Below, one piece after another: positions 1-9,216 of a stretch of 64,000 nt of DNA; positions within the stretch are counted from its first letter, which is position 1, and each line of letters starts with the position of its first letter. Below the pieces are notes generated by a model that was not told the origin of the DNA, did no database searches, and saw only the letters and a list, made by a program, of their open reading frames with translations. This stretch comes from a virus. Its lineage: Duplodnaviria; Caudoviricetes. The translations under genes and the position numbers were made by a program. The DNA lies in the IMG/VR virus record IMGVR_UViG_3300020576_006344, positions 30,646-94,645 of that record. One strand, written 5' to 3'.

Positions 1-511
1 GATATACGTTGGTGGAGGTGTAATTGTTTCCCACCCCAACGCCTCTTGCTCTATCGGCTAAGCTCTTGACCCCTTTAACTGGCTCTGCACCAGAGAGGTA
101 CATCTTGTACATGGAAGCACCTCGTTCGATGCTGAACACCTGACGTTGCTCATGAAAGGCTTGCAGCACCCCTGTATTATCATACTGCCACTGGAACCGT
201 TTGGTGGGCGCCTGAAGAGAGTCAAGCAAGGCCTTACGCTTCTCGGCGGCCTGCTCCTTTTTGTTCATCTCACGCATCCTCCTCTTTGCCATGGCCATCG
301 ACTCCGCAGTCTGTCTCTCGCTCTTGGCGAATGCCTCCTCCAGCTTCTTCTTGGCCCGACGCTTCACTTCGGCCTCCGCCTGCTCTTTCAGTGTTTTGGC
401 CTGCTGCTCCTCATCGGCGACCTCGGTATTCTTGGTCTTCTTCTTGGCCTTCTTGGCGTCCATTTCGCCCTTGAGTATGTCGCCCAGCAATATGTCGAAC
501 AAGCTCTTCAT
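1..511 (-). CDS. Hypothetical protein, K/E-rich coiled-coil N-terminus (partial; runs off the window start)
   Basis: Not in the ORF track. ATG at 511 overlaps the Rad50 TGA (ATGA). Manual translation MKSLFDILLGDILKGEMDAKKAKKK...GVGNNYTSTNVY stays open to position 1. Confidence 0.8.
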   Translation of the reverse strand, partial: MKSLFDILLGDILKGEMDAKKAKKKTKNTEVADEEQQAKTLKEQAEAEVKRRAKKKLEEAFAKSERQTAESMAMAKRRMREMNKKEQAAEKRKALLDSLQAPTKRFQWQYDNTGVLQAFHEQRQVFSIERGASMYKMYLSGAEPVKGVKSLADRARGVGVGNNYTSTNVY

Positions 512-3345
512 CGGCGTACATGCAATCTGGTGACCCCGGCGCGCTCGTCCCGGTCGTGGGCGCTGTCCATTATGATGTTGCGGTCGCGGATGGCCTCTAT
601 CACATGATCGGCCCCCTCTTTCACTTCATCAAGGTGTGTGATGATGACCACGTTCTGGTACTTGCCCTTCAAGTACTCAAGCATGGTCATGATGTTCTCG
701 CGTAGCTCATTGCCGAGCGTGCCGAAGCCTTCATCGATCATCATGATGGATGGCTGCACGATGGAGCGCTTGCTGACGTAGTTCAAAGCATCCTTGATGG
801 CGATCGATGCGATGAACTGCTGGGAGCCGGACCCGCTGTTGAGCGGAAGCGCATCCCACTTGCTCTCGGTGTTGTAGAACAACTCCGTGATGTTGCCTTT
901 CATGTCGATGGAGAACTCCATTTTGAATCCGACGATGGTCTGCAAGATGGAGTTGATCTTGTTGTTGAGCATCGGAAGCCGCTTCTTGATCACCATGGCT
1001 GGTATCCCGCTGCGCTCCACGGCTTGCAGGTAGATGGAGTACAGCTTGTACATCTTGTCCCCGGTCTTCACCTCATTGAGCTTCTTGACCTTATCATCCA
1101 TTGCATTGCCCAATAGGCGGACATCAGCGGCAAGGCTCATCAATTGGGTCTGTTGTCCATGCATGGACAGCTTGTAGGTCTTGATCAGTGCTTGCAGGGT
1201 TTCTATCTCCGCCTCCAGCAGCTTGTTGTTCGCCTTGGCTTGAACAACACTGTCGTACTTGGCGATCTTCTCATCCAACTTGACAAGTTCACGCTGGCCG
1301 AGTTCATGCGATATTTTCCACATCTTGACTTCCTGACGCTTGCGCTCGATGATGCGGTTCAATTCGATGAACTCCTTGTTCTTCTTGAAGTTCTCCATCT
1401 CCAACTTGATGGACTCGATGATCTTGCTGCGCGACTCCAAGGACACCTTCAGGGCATCCAGTTGGACCTGCTTGGTGTCGAAGCTGCGGTTCCACTCTTT
1501 GACCGTGTTGAACGATTCGATGGATTGGCGATAGCGCGTGATCGCATTGTTGCCCTCGGTGATCAAGGCGTCCATGTCGGAAACGCCCTTGGGGTCCGGT
1601 TTGCTGATGGCCTGCTTGCACGTGGGGCAATCCTTGCCGAGGAAAGTCTGGCGTTTGTTCTGATAGTCCCGAAGATTCCGGTTCAACTCGTCTATGCGCG
1701 CCTGCGTAGCGGTGACATCAATGTTGGGCAGTTCCTTCTTGGGGTTGTCCTCCAACCACTTCTTGTTCGTGAGGTACTTCTGCTTGTCGGTCGCGAACAC
1801 AGAGCGGACCTCAGCGAGTTCGGCCTCCAATATCTCAGTGGTCCTCTTGGGGTCAACCTCAAGTTCGCGCAGGACGTTCTTGTCGAGCCACTCATCATGG
1901 AGGTCAATGGCCGACTTGAGCGTCGTCTGGGAGGTGAGCTTCGTGGCGTGGTCGGCGATGATGGCGTCCTTGCTGTCGTACCCGAGGTCCTCCACTTTAT
2001 GGAGACTCCGCGTGAGTTCCAGCACCTTGCTCTGTGCATCCTCCTGCTTTTGTGTCCACATCCGACGCTCCTCCTCAAGGGTCGACACCATCTTCTCCTT
2101 GTCCTCTATCTGTAACTTGAGGCTCTTGATGTCCAACTCTATGTCGACCGACTCACCGAGCAGCTTCTGCTTTGTGCGAAGCTCATTGTATGGCTTCTTC
2201 ACATATTCATGACGATCACGATAGGTGTGTAGATTTAGGTAGCGCGCAATGAGGTCATTCTTCTCCTGCTGCTCCAAGTTGAGGTATCCGTCCTTCTCGT
2301 TCTGGGCGTGCAGGCTGACCTTCATGAAGTCATCGTATGTTCCGAGCGCATCGGCTATCATGTTCTTCACCTCCGTGTTATCGGCGGTGGAGTTGTCAGA
2401 CATGGTGTTGCACCACCTGTACTCCATGGCGCCATCGGGGCCCATGGCCTCGCGGAAGACCTCGAATTTGGTCGGATAGCTGTTGCTGGACTTTCCCTTG
2501 TGTACCTCCCGCGTGCTTCGGTATCGGATGCCGTCTATGTCGTAGGTGTTGCGGACATAGCCTTTGTCGGATTTTGTGTAGATGTTGATCAAGTACTTCG
2601 CGTGCGCACCACCGATGATGTACTGGAACATGCCCCACACCACCGCCTTGATCAGGTTGGACTTGCCGCAATAGTTCTCGCCGAATATACCGGTGAGGCC
2701 ACGCATGTGGTCCCAGTTGATGGTGGTGGGCTCCACAGGGAAGGAGAACACGTTGCTGACCTCCGTGGTCAACAGGGTATACCTCCTGTTCTCCTTGTGC
2801 GTCTGCTTGATGTCGATCTCCCGTTCCAGCTTGAGGGCGAACTCGATGATCTCCCGGCGCTCATCCTCATCGACGTCGAAGTCGTTCTCGTCGAGGAACA
2901 TGTTGAACATGCGCTCGATGTCATTGGGATCGATCTCGTCTTGATCGACCTCCTCGGGATTGAGCGTCTGCTTGTCCAGTTCACGGAACTCCACGTGGAT
3001 GCTCTCGCACCCATGTTTGTCCTTGACCAACTGCTTGATCTGATTGAGGCGTTCGATCGAATAGCTCTCCTCGAAGTCCTCGTACACGATGTGGACCTTG
3101 GTCTTCCGCTTGTTGTGGCTGAACTGCAAGTGCGATAGGCGCTCCTCGATGTTCTCCCCGCGTGAGATGGTCATCTTGCACCACCCATAGTCGTTGGGGA
3201 TCAGTCGGCGCTCGTTCGACACCTCCTGACCATCGATGTGCCACAGCAGGTAGCCCTTGTCAAGGGATTCTCCATACCCCTGCTGCAAAAGTGATCCTGA
3301 ATAACCGGCAGACGGTATTTTTTTTCTGAGCTTAACGGTTGCCAT
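508..3345 (-). CDS. sbcC: Rad50/SbcC (gp46-like) ATPase carrying the C-terminal part of the Mre11/SbcD nuclease at its N-terminus
   Basis: Walker A GENYCGKS, coiled coil with Zn-hook CPTC, signature SGSGSQ, Walker B MMIDEGFGTL, H-loop IITH. N-terminal GYSGSLLQQGYGESLDKGYLLW is the SbcD-type terminal phosphoesterase motif. Confidence 0.93.
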   Translation of the reverse strand: MATVKLRKKIPSAGYSGSLLQQGYGESLDKGYLLWHIDGQEVSNERRLIPNDYGWCKMTISRGENIEERLSHLQFSHNKRKTKVHIVYEDFEESYSIERLNQIKQLVKDKHGCESIHVEFRELDKQTLNPEEVDQDEIDPNDIERMFNMFLDENDFDVDEDERREIIEFALKLEREIDIKQTHKENRRYTLLTTEVSNVFSFPVEPTTINWDHMRGLTGIFGENYCGKSNLIKAVVWGMFQYIIGGAHAKYLINIYTKSDKGYVRNTYDIDGIRYRSTREVHKGKSSNSYPTKFEVFREAMGPDGAMEYRWCNTMSDNSTADNTEVKNMIADALGTYDDFMKVSLHAQNEKDGYLNLEQQEKNDLIARYLNLHTYRDRHEYVKKPYNELRTKQKLLGESVDIELDIKSLKLQIEDKEKMVSTLEEERRMWTQKQEDAQSKVLELTRSLHKVEDLGYDSKDAIIADHATKLTSQTTLKSAIDLHDEWLDKNVLRELEVDPKRTTEILEAELAEVRSVFATDKQKYLTNKKWLEDNPKKELPNIDVTATQARIDELNRNLRDYQNKRQTFLGKDCPTCKQAISKPDPKGVSDMDALITEGNNAITRYRQSIESFNTVKEWNRSFDTKQVQLDALKVSLESRSKIIESIKLEMENFKKNKEFIELNRIIERKRQEVKMWKISHELGQRELVKLDEKIAKYDSVVQAKANNKLLEAEIETLQALIKTYKLSMHGQQTQLMSLAADVRLLGNAMDDKVKKLNEVKTGDKMYKLYSIYLQAVERSGIPAMVIKKRLPMLNNKINSILQTIVGFKMEFSIDMKGNITELFYNTESKWDALPLNSGSGSQQFIASIAIKDALNYVSKRSIVQPSIMMIDEGFGTLGNELRENIMTMLEYLKGKYQNVVIITHLDEVKEGADHVIEAIRDRNIIMDSAHDRDERAGVTRLHVRR

Positions 3346-3348
3346 GAT

Positions 3349-4086
3349 TCAGACAGCCACTCTGGCCGTTACGGGTTCCCATCCTTCTTGGATGTATTGC
3401 TGTACGTCCTCCTCATCCACTTCGATGAAGTGATCGCGCTCGAATGTCTGGTGCTCATGGATGTCGCCCATGAGGACAGCGTCGAATCCGGCGAACGTCG
3501 ATAGCTTCACAAGTTCATCGCCGGAGGCATCGTAGCCGTTGTCCATCTTGCAGCCGTAGAGCATGCCATGCCACAAGGCCACATAGGTCTTGCCGGGCTC
3601 CTTGTTCTCCAACTTCAGCAACTTGTTGTCCTTACAGGAGAACACCCCATACACCAGTTTGTCGCTGATGTCGAAGAAACCCGTGTTGGGGAAGTAGTAG
3701 ATGGCCCTGCGGCTGAAGTCGATTAGGGATTTGTTCTCATCGGTGACCACTACGGCCTTGTCCTCCCTTCCAAGGCGACGCGCTATCTCGAATATGGGCG
3801 ATAGCGCGTCGCCTTGCTCCAGTTGCTTGAGGTTCAGGTCATGATTGCCAAGAATGACATCCGTGGGCGCTATCTCAGCGAGTTCGAACATGAACTTGGA
3901 TACCAAGTCAATGGAGGATGGCGACAGCTTCACCTTGTCATGGAAGATGTCGCCCGCCAGTACAATGCGATCGGGTCGGCGCTCAGCGAGGTCTTTGAGT
4001 GTTCTGGTGAACACCGTCTGGAACTCATCGTGCCTCTTACCGTACCGTACCTGAATGTCAGCTATGTGGGCTATGGAGACGCTCAT
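3349..4086 (-). CDS. sbcD: Mre11/SbcD (gp47-like) metallophosphoesterase nuclease, N-terminal part
   Basis: Motifs HIADIQ, GDIFH, GNHD, WHG, GDIHEHQ. Start moved to ATG 4086 (MSVSIAH), just downstream of a TACGTTTG element. Confidence 0.92.
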   Translation of the reverse strand: MSVSIAHIADIQVRYGKRHDEFQTVFTRTLKDLAERRPDRIVLAGDIFHDKVKLSPSSIDLVSKFMFELAEIAPTDVILGNHDLNLKQLEQGDALSPIFEIARRLGREDKAVVVTDENKSLIDFSRRAIYYFPNTGFFDISDKLVYGVFSCKDNKLLKLENKEPGKTYVALWHGMLYGCKMDNGYDASGDELVKLSTFAGFDAVLMGDIHEHQTFERDHFIEVDEEDVQQYIQEGWEPVTARVAV

Positions 4087-4092
4087 CAACCG

Positions 4093-4100
4093 CAAACGTA
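4093..4100 (-). promoter_or_regulatory. Bacteroidota-type -7 promoter element (TACGTTTG)
   Basis: Matches TAnnTTTG 6 nt upstream of the sbcD start. No clear -33 TTTG. Confidence 0.55.
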
Positions 4101-4129
4101 CACATTTTTATGCGTACGCTATCATAAGT

Positions 4130-4738
4130 TCACTGAGAAGACTGATTCGCTTCCAGAAGCTCCTCCTGCTTGATGACGTTCAGGATGTGGCACGTCCCCA
4201 CGATGTAGGCGTCTACCATGTCGTAGCTCTCGTCGATGAGTTTGCGACTCTTGGGTCCATACTGCCAGTTGATCTGGGGTTCCATGCGGGACACCCTCTT
4301 CCAAACCTCTTGCTTGGCGCTGGTCTCACTGGACTTCGGCAATCCCGGCAGGACCGTGCTGCGAGCGTGGTTCACATTGTAATGGACCGGTTTGACCCCG
4401 AACAAGCGGAAACACCTGTCACTGATGATGCCGTTGAAGAAGTTGAGCAGGCCTATGGTGGCTGCTGAGCTATGCTTCCCCTGCACGCGGAGCAAAGGTT
4501 CTTCGATGGCCACGAACTGGACCTTCACGGGCTCGCCTTCGATGACAAGCTCATTGATATAGGACACCTTCTTCTCGAAGAGGTCGGCCTTCTCAAAGAG
4601 GTCCTGCTCCTTGTTGGACCCGAACTTGATGTAGTCCATCGAGAGCAGGTCGCCGTTCTCATTGAACAGGCATATGCCGATGACGGAAGTGGATACGTCC
4701 AGCGCGAGAGTGGTCTTGTTTATCATGGGTGTTCCCAT
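4130..4738 (-). CDS. RuvC-like Holliday junction resolvase
   Basis: RNase H-fold motifs LALDVSTSVIG, VAIEEP, SAKQEV, DMVDAYIVG. Confidence 0.85.
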   Translation of the reverse strand: MGTPMINKTTLALDVSTSVIGICLFNENGDLLSMDYIKFGSNKEQDLFEKADLFEKKVSYINELVIEGEPVKVQFVAIEEPLLRVQGKHSSAATIGLLNFFNGIISDRCFRLFGVKPVHYNVNHARSTVLPGLPKSSETSAKQEVWKRVSRMEPQINWQYGPKSRKLIDESYDMVDAYIVGTCHILNVIKQEELLEANQSSQ

Positions 4739-4782
4739 GAAATATCAACAAAAACGACCCGGAAATCAAGTCGCTGCCGACC

Positions 4783-5868
4783 TTACACGTCTATCTGCAA
4801 GGAGAACGTGAGCACGCCCGTGTATCCCTTGAGCTTTGGTCGGTCCAACTTGGCGATGGCGATTAGCTCATCGTTGCGGTTGTACAGGCCTATCTCCGTG
4901 ACGTAGGTGTCGGTGTAGTTGTTCGACCCAAGCTGGTACTCGCTCAGGTTCGCATCAAAGTCCCATGTGGGGTTGCTGCTGAAGTAGAACTCGCCCGGAA
5001 GCGCGGTTGTTACGACGGTCGTCTTGTACTCCACGTCAATGTCGTAGAAGGTGATACCACAGCCGTTCCCGGAGAAGACGATGTTGGTGGTGTCACCACC
5101 GACGTTGTTGGTGACGGTGGCCCTGACCATCTGTCCTTGTGTCCATGTGATGGCTGTCACGATAGCGGGGTGCGTGATCACCACGAAGCCCTTATCCAAG
5201 GCTATGAACCCGATGGGTATGTCGTAATTGTATCCTTGGTTGGTGTTGGTGGGATACGTATATGGCATGACGACCGCCCGATTGATCGATGCGTTGGTAC
5301 GCTGGTCGGTGTACACGTCGTTCGCTTGCAAGTTCTGGTAGGACACGGCCGCTGGTCTGTCCAGATAACTGCTTGCTGACCAACTTGTGACCGTAGCTCT
5401 GCTGACGGAACCACCATCCGTTGTACCGGTGTATGGACGATTGATGGTGTCAGCGAACAAGAAAGCTATGTTCTTGCCAAGCAGGGCATTGTCCTCCGAC
5501 TTGGCCAAGACGTTATAGGTGGACGACAAGCATGTTACGCCATTGGGAGTAACAAGAACGACCGAGCGTCCATCGATCATCTCATTGTAGTGGTCGGGAT
5601 GGATGGATGCCAGCAGGAATGAGCCGGTATTGAGTTGCTGAAGCTCGGGATAGGCGAGCGAAAGCGTAGAGGCGCTTGAGAACGCATCACGCTCGAATGG
5701 AAGATTGAAAGAAGACGTGTAGTTCGTCTCCCACGCTGTCAGGTCGGTACGCGTTACCAAGGTCCACAAGAGCCCTGTGAGGCTCGCGGTGTTCACCGTA
5801 ACGGGCGCCAATGTCTCTTTTCTCGTGGAGATGACACTTTGTACTGGCTTATGGAAATTGCTTGGCAT
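4783..5868 (-). CDS. Virion protein with the C-terminal half of a tail-collar-fibre-like domain
   Basis: C-terminal YVTEIGLYNRNDELIAIAKLDRPKLK; T/S/N-rich beta composition. Confidence 0.7.
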   Translation of the reverse strand: MPSNFHKPVQSVISTRKETLAPVTVNTASLTGLLWTLVTRTDLTAWETNYTSSFNLPFERDAFSSASTLSLAYPELQQLNTGSFLLASIHPDHYNEMIDGRSVVLVTPNGVTCLSSTYNVLAKSEDNALLGKNIAFLFADTINRPYTGTTDGGSVSRATVTSWSASSYLDRPAAVSYQNLQANDVYTDQRTNASINRAVVMPYTYPTNTNQGYNYDIPIGFIALDKGFVVITHPAIVTAITWTQGQMVRATVTNNVGGDTTNIVFSGNGCGITFYDIDVEYKTTVVTTALPGEFYFSSNPTWDFDANLSEYQLGSNNYTDTYVTEIGLYNRNDELIAIAKLDRPKLKGYTGVLTFSLQIDV

Positions 5869-6491
5869 TACCTGACGGTGTTAATGTTGTTGACGTTACC
5901 GCTCGTGTTGGTGTTGTTGGGGTTGTTTGGCCCGAACGTCACATTGCCATTGTTCATCTCAACAATGTTGCTGTTGTTATTGCTGTTGTTGCCAACATTG
6001 GCACCACGATAGTTGAACCTTATTTCGAAGCTCACTGCATTGTTTGCCTGAGCGGTATCTGAGCCGTAACCGGTAAAGCTCAATTTGCGATAGCGGATAA
6101 CACCGGAGGTCGATGGCGCTCTACCGTTGTCGATCCACTTCTTCATGGCCGTCACGTATGCCGCTGGCACGCGCTGCATATAGTCTTTATACCCATCGTC
6201 ATAGGTGTTGTTCTTGGTGCAGAACGTCACATACATGGTCTTGTTGACCAACGCATTGTTGCTAGAAGTGTTGGGGTAGTGCAGCTTGATGAAGAACGAA
6301 CCTTCTCCGGTCTCCGTAGTCAATGGAATGACGGCCTTGTCTCCCGTCCTGAGGCGTGTGATGCGTATTCCCTGAGCGTAGGGACCGAAAACTTGGAATG
6401 GCTCATTTATCACGTTGCCATTCGTGCTGTTCACAGTGGCGAAGATGATACGCCTGTTCAATATGGTCGATGGTGCGGGATTCGTTGCCAT
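5868..6491 (-). CDS. Hypothetical virion protein with Asn-rich tail
   Basis: 207 aa ORF, coupled by TAATG overlaps on both sides. Confidence 0.7.
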   Translation of the reverse strand: MATNPAPSTILNRRIIFATVNSTNGNVINEPFQVFGPYAQGIRITRLRTGDKAVIPLTTETGEGSFFIKLHYPNTSSNNALVNKTMYVTFCTKNNTYDDGYKDYMQRVPAAYVTAMKKWIDNGRAPSTSGVIRYRKLSFTGYGSDTAQANNAVSFEIRFNYRGANVGNNSNNNSNIVEMNNGNVTFGPNNPNNTNTSGNVNNINTVR

Positions 6492-7018
6492 TATCTTACT
6501 GGATCAATGTTGGTGACATTGCCACCTGTGTTATTGTTGCCGTTGTTCAGAACGGAAACCACGTTGCCACCGGGGTCTAGGGTCACCAGCGGACGGTTAT
6601 TTCCTCCACCGCCGCCTCCGCCGCCTGTGTTGCCATCCACGCCAACCGGTATGTCTCCATCGTTAAGATTGACGTTCACGTTGAGGATGTTCCCGTTCGC
6701 GTCAGTTGTATAATCGATGTTGTTGCCTACGACTTGATCGAAGTTCTCGAAGAACAGAAGATTCCTCTGTTCGTAGTCCAAGGCTGTCTTCAAACAACTG
6801 TCGTACGTTCCGCTCAGGTCCGGTACTCCTCCTTCCGGAAGGACCTCCGAGGTGAGATAGTTCACATCCGGGTCGCCCAGAGTGAAGGTCTTGATCTCGA
6901 AAAGGTCTTGACCCAAGTTGTTGAATCGTATGTTCCCGTTGTTGAACAGGTACTCCCTGCCTCTACCGGTAAGATAGGCTCTCGCGTATATTGTCGATGC
7001 TGAAGCTAGGTAACCCAT
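6491..7018 (-). CDS. Virion protein with the N-terminal half of a tail-collar-fibre-like domain
   Basis: N-terminal AYLTGRGREYL...IKTFTLGDPD; Gly/Asn-rich tail; TATTTA motif upstream. Confidence 0.7.
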   Translation of the reverse strand: MGYLASASTIYARAYLTGRGREYLFNNGNIRFNNLGQDLFEIKTFTLGDPDVNYLTSEVLPEGGVPDLSGTYDSCLKTALDYEQRNLLFFENFDQVVGNNIDYTTDANGNILNVNVNLNDGDIPVGVDGNTGGGGGGGGNNRPLVTLDPGGNVVSVLNNGNNNTGGNVTNIDPVR

Positions 7019-7050
7019 ACTTGTCGCGTTTTTCTTAAATAGCTATGGTG

Positions 7051-9072
7051 TCAAAAATCCAGATGCAACTGGATGATGAGATATAGGGTGTCATTCTTGA
7101 GCGTTGGCTTGGTCAGCTTTCCTACGGCCACCAATCGATCGTCGTCGTCCAATATCCCTATCTCGGTGAAATACGTGTTGGTATCCACTCCCGTATAGAA
7201 GGTCGGGTTCAATGAAGAGTTGAACTCGGAGTTCTGAGCCTGTAGGGTGATCACCGTTGTATAGGTGGTCCGCATGAGCGACGCCTTGACATTGCCATAG
7301 AAGAAGGCCTCGTTACCGAAGGTCATGTCCAGCGTGTTCCCGCTGGCTTGATAATCGATGCGCTCGGTGAAGGCGGTGTCGAGTGTATAGGTAGTGGCAC
7401 TGTCGACATCCGATTGGTCGACAATGAACTCATTGAGCAGAGCGTAGGACGGGTTGATGGTGTTGCCGCCATCTTCGCCTCCAACGTAATAGCCGCCCCC
7501 TGTTCCTATGAGCTTCCATCCATCAGAACCCACATGGTCCACTCCCAAGTCAGCATCCGTGTCGATCTCCTTGATCAGGATGGCCATGGAGTTGGCGTTC
7601 CAACCTGTACCAGAGTATGTCGTCATTCCAACATCGCTCCTGAGGTAAGGAAATGCGGGCGCGGAGAACCTCGCAGAGAGGTATGGCGAATAGCCGTCAG
7701 AATCCGTGTATCCTGATATTTTCTGTATGTAACCGCAGTGGAGCGCTGGCTGGTACCCAAAAGAGGTGTTCGCCGCCCATTGATTGTCCATCGCTGGCAG
7801 GTAGGTCACATAGTAGGTTTTGCCATCCACTAGGCATCCGCTCACATCATTGATGGTCAGTCCCGCGCGAGGCGTGGAACGATAGTTAAGGTTCAACGGA
7901 GGTAACGTCCAGTTCCTGTTGCTCTTGTATGAGAGAGCCGTTAGAAGTTCGGGGTCCGTTATGGCGATGAGTTTCAGATTTGGATATACACGCCCCACAG
8001 TGAAGCCGCTTTGCGGAGCATCCATGAGCAGCGTATATGTTGTTCCGGCGATGGGGTCATAGAACACGGGGCTGTTGTTGTCGGTGAACCGTTGACCCGC
8101 ATGTTCTCCCTCTCCAGCAACAGCCGCGTTCCTGTGCCATAACAAATGGGGCATGTCGACCTCCACGCTACCCGGTACAAGTTGCTCACCGTAGGTGTTG
8201 CCCGTGTACTCGTTAGTGTAGTGAAGGAAACCTATCTGACGATAGTGGTCGTCAAACCCTAGAAAGTGCTTTTGGCCATTGTAGTCAGTGGACCCGTAAG
8301 TGGTATAGCCGCTGTCGCCCAAGGCAGTGCCGATCTCGGAACTGGAGCGTACGATGTTGAGGTTCCAAACCTTGGTGTCCATACTGCTCCCGGACCCGTA
8401 GTACTCCATGATGCCGTTCCATGGATAATGGTGCATCCTGCTTGATTCTGATGAGCCAGCGGTGCTGAAATCAGGAAAATTGCGATCGGCAGTTACGCTG
8501 CTCGTACTACCTGTTATCCTGTACCACAACGCTACGAATGGCGCATCAGAGGTGATTGCGGCATCGCCTCCTCCGGATGGGTTGCTGAAGACCACAAAAG
8601 CCAGATTGCCCGGTCCGGGAGAGTATGAACTGCTGGTGATTGCGGCCACGTTGGTGCCATCGAAATTGCCAGCGTTGGTGTTCCCCAATCCCAGTCTCTG
8701 GGTTCCAGAGATAACATAATCATTGACGCTGGGTATGGTGTCTCCGGTGACGCTGGTACCTCCGGAATAGAACCCCATGGATTGGCATGTCGCCGTTACG
8801 CTATGAACACCGCCAAGCAATTGGCTCAAGAGGGGAGTGGCTGGAGTGCCATCAAAATGGAACGGAGGCAATCTTGGCTGGTCGTCTTTTGGCGCCATGA
8901 CGCGATTGAGAAGAATGCTGTACTGTCCCGAGCGGTCGATGGAGTAGTCGATCTCCCTATCGGAGAACACGGCCTTCTTGTAGGTCAATTGTCCGAGCGA
9001 GAGCAGTCTTCTTCCGGTGTCAGTCAGTTTGATATTGACGAACGTGGTGGGCTCTTGCACCAAAAATGACAT
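7051..9072 (-). CDS. Large virion protein with tail-collar-like N- and C-terminal motifs
   Basis: IKLTDTGRRLL...AVFSD at the N-terminus and YFTEIGILDDDDRLVAVGKL at the C-terminus. Confidence 0.72.
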   Translation of the reverse strand: MSFLVQEPTTFVNIKLTDTGRRLLSLGQLTYKKAVFSDREIDYSIDRSGQYSILLNRVMAPKDDQPRLPPFHFDGTPATPLLSQLLGGVHSVTATCQSMGFYSGGTSVTGDTIPSVNDYVISGTQRLGLGNTNAGNFDGTNVAAITSSSYSPGPGNLAFVVFSNPSGGGDAAITSDAPFVALWYRITGSTSSVTADRNFPDFSTAGSSESSRMHHYPWNGIMEYYGSGSSMDTKVWNLNIVRSSSEIGTALGDSGYTTYGSTDYNGQKHFLGFDDHYRQIGFLHYTNEYTGNTYGEQLVPGSVEVDMPHLLWHRNAAVAGEGEHAGQRFTDNNSPVFYDPIAGTTYTLLMDAPQSGFTVGRVYPNLKLIAITDPELLTALSYKSNRNWTLPPLNLNYRSTPRAGLTINDVSGCLVDGKTYYVTYLPAMDNQWAANTSFGYQPALHCGYIQKISGYTDSDGYSPYLSARFSAPAFPYLRSDVGMTTYSGTGWNANSMAILIKEIDTDADLGVDHVGSDGWKLIGTGGGYYVGGEDGGNTINPSYALLNEFIVDQSDVDSATTYTLDTAFTERIDYQASGNTLDMTFGNEAFFYGNVKASLMRTTYTTVITLQAQNSEFNSSLNPTFYTGVDTNTYFTEIGILDDDDRLVAVGKLTKPTLKNDTLYLIIQLHLDF

Positions 9073-9088
9073 CGCAGCGTGTTTAACC

Positions 9089-9196
9089 TAAATAAGACTG
9101 GTCAAAATTTACTGGCCAGTCCGTTGAAAACAAACGGTTAACGAAGATGTGGGGTGATGAGGCACTTTGCTTCAAAAACGTTGTGTCTCTTATTTA
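9089..9196. promoter_or_regulatory. Divergent pair of TATTTA putative late promoters
   Basis: TAAATA at 9089-9094 serves the 9072 gene; TATTTA at 9191-9196 serves ATG 9217. Confidence 0.65.
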
Positions 9197-9216
9197 TTGG
9201 AAACGCTCTCAGCAGA

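Noticed and set aside
3318-3325. A8 run as a programmed frameshift site
   Set aside because: Both ORFs are already in frame, so a shift would not join anything.
3300-3470. Split intein at the Mre11/Rad50 break
   Set aside because: No Cys/Ser block A, TxxH block B or HN/C-S-T terminus, and the extra segments are too short.
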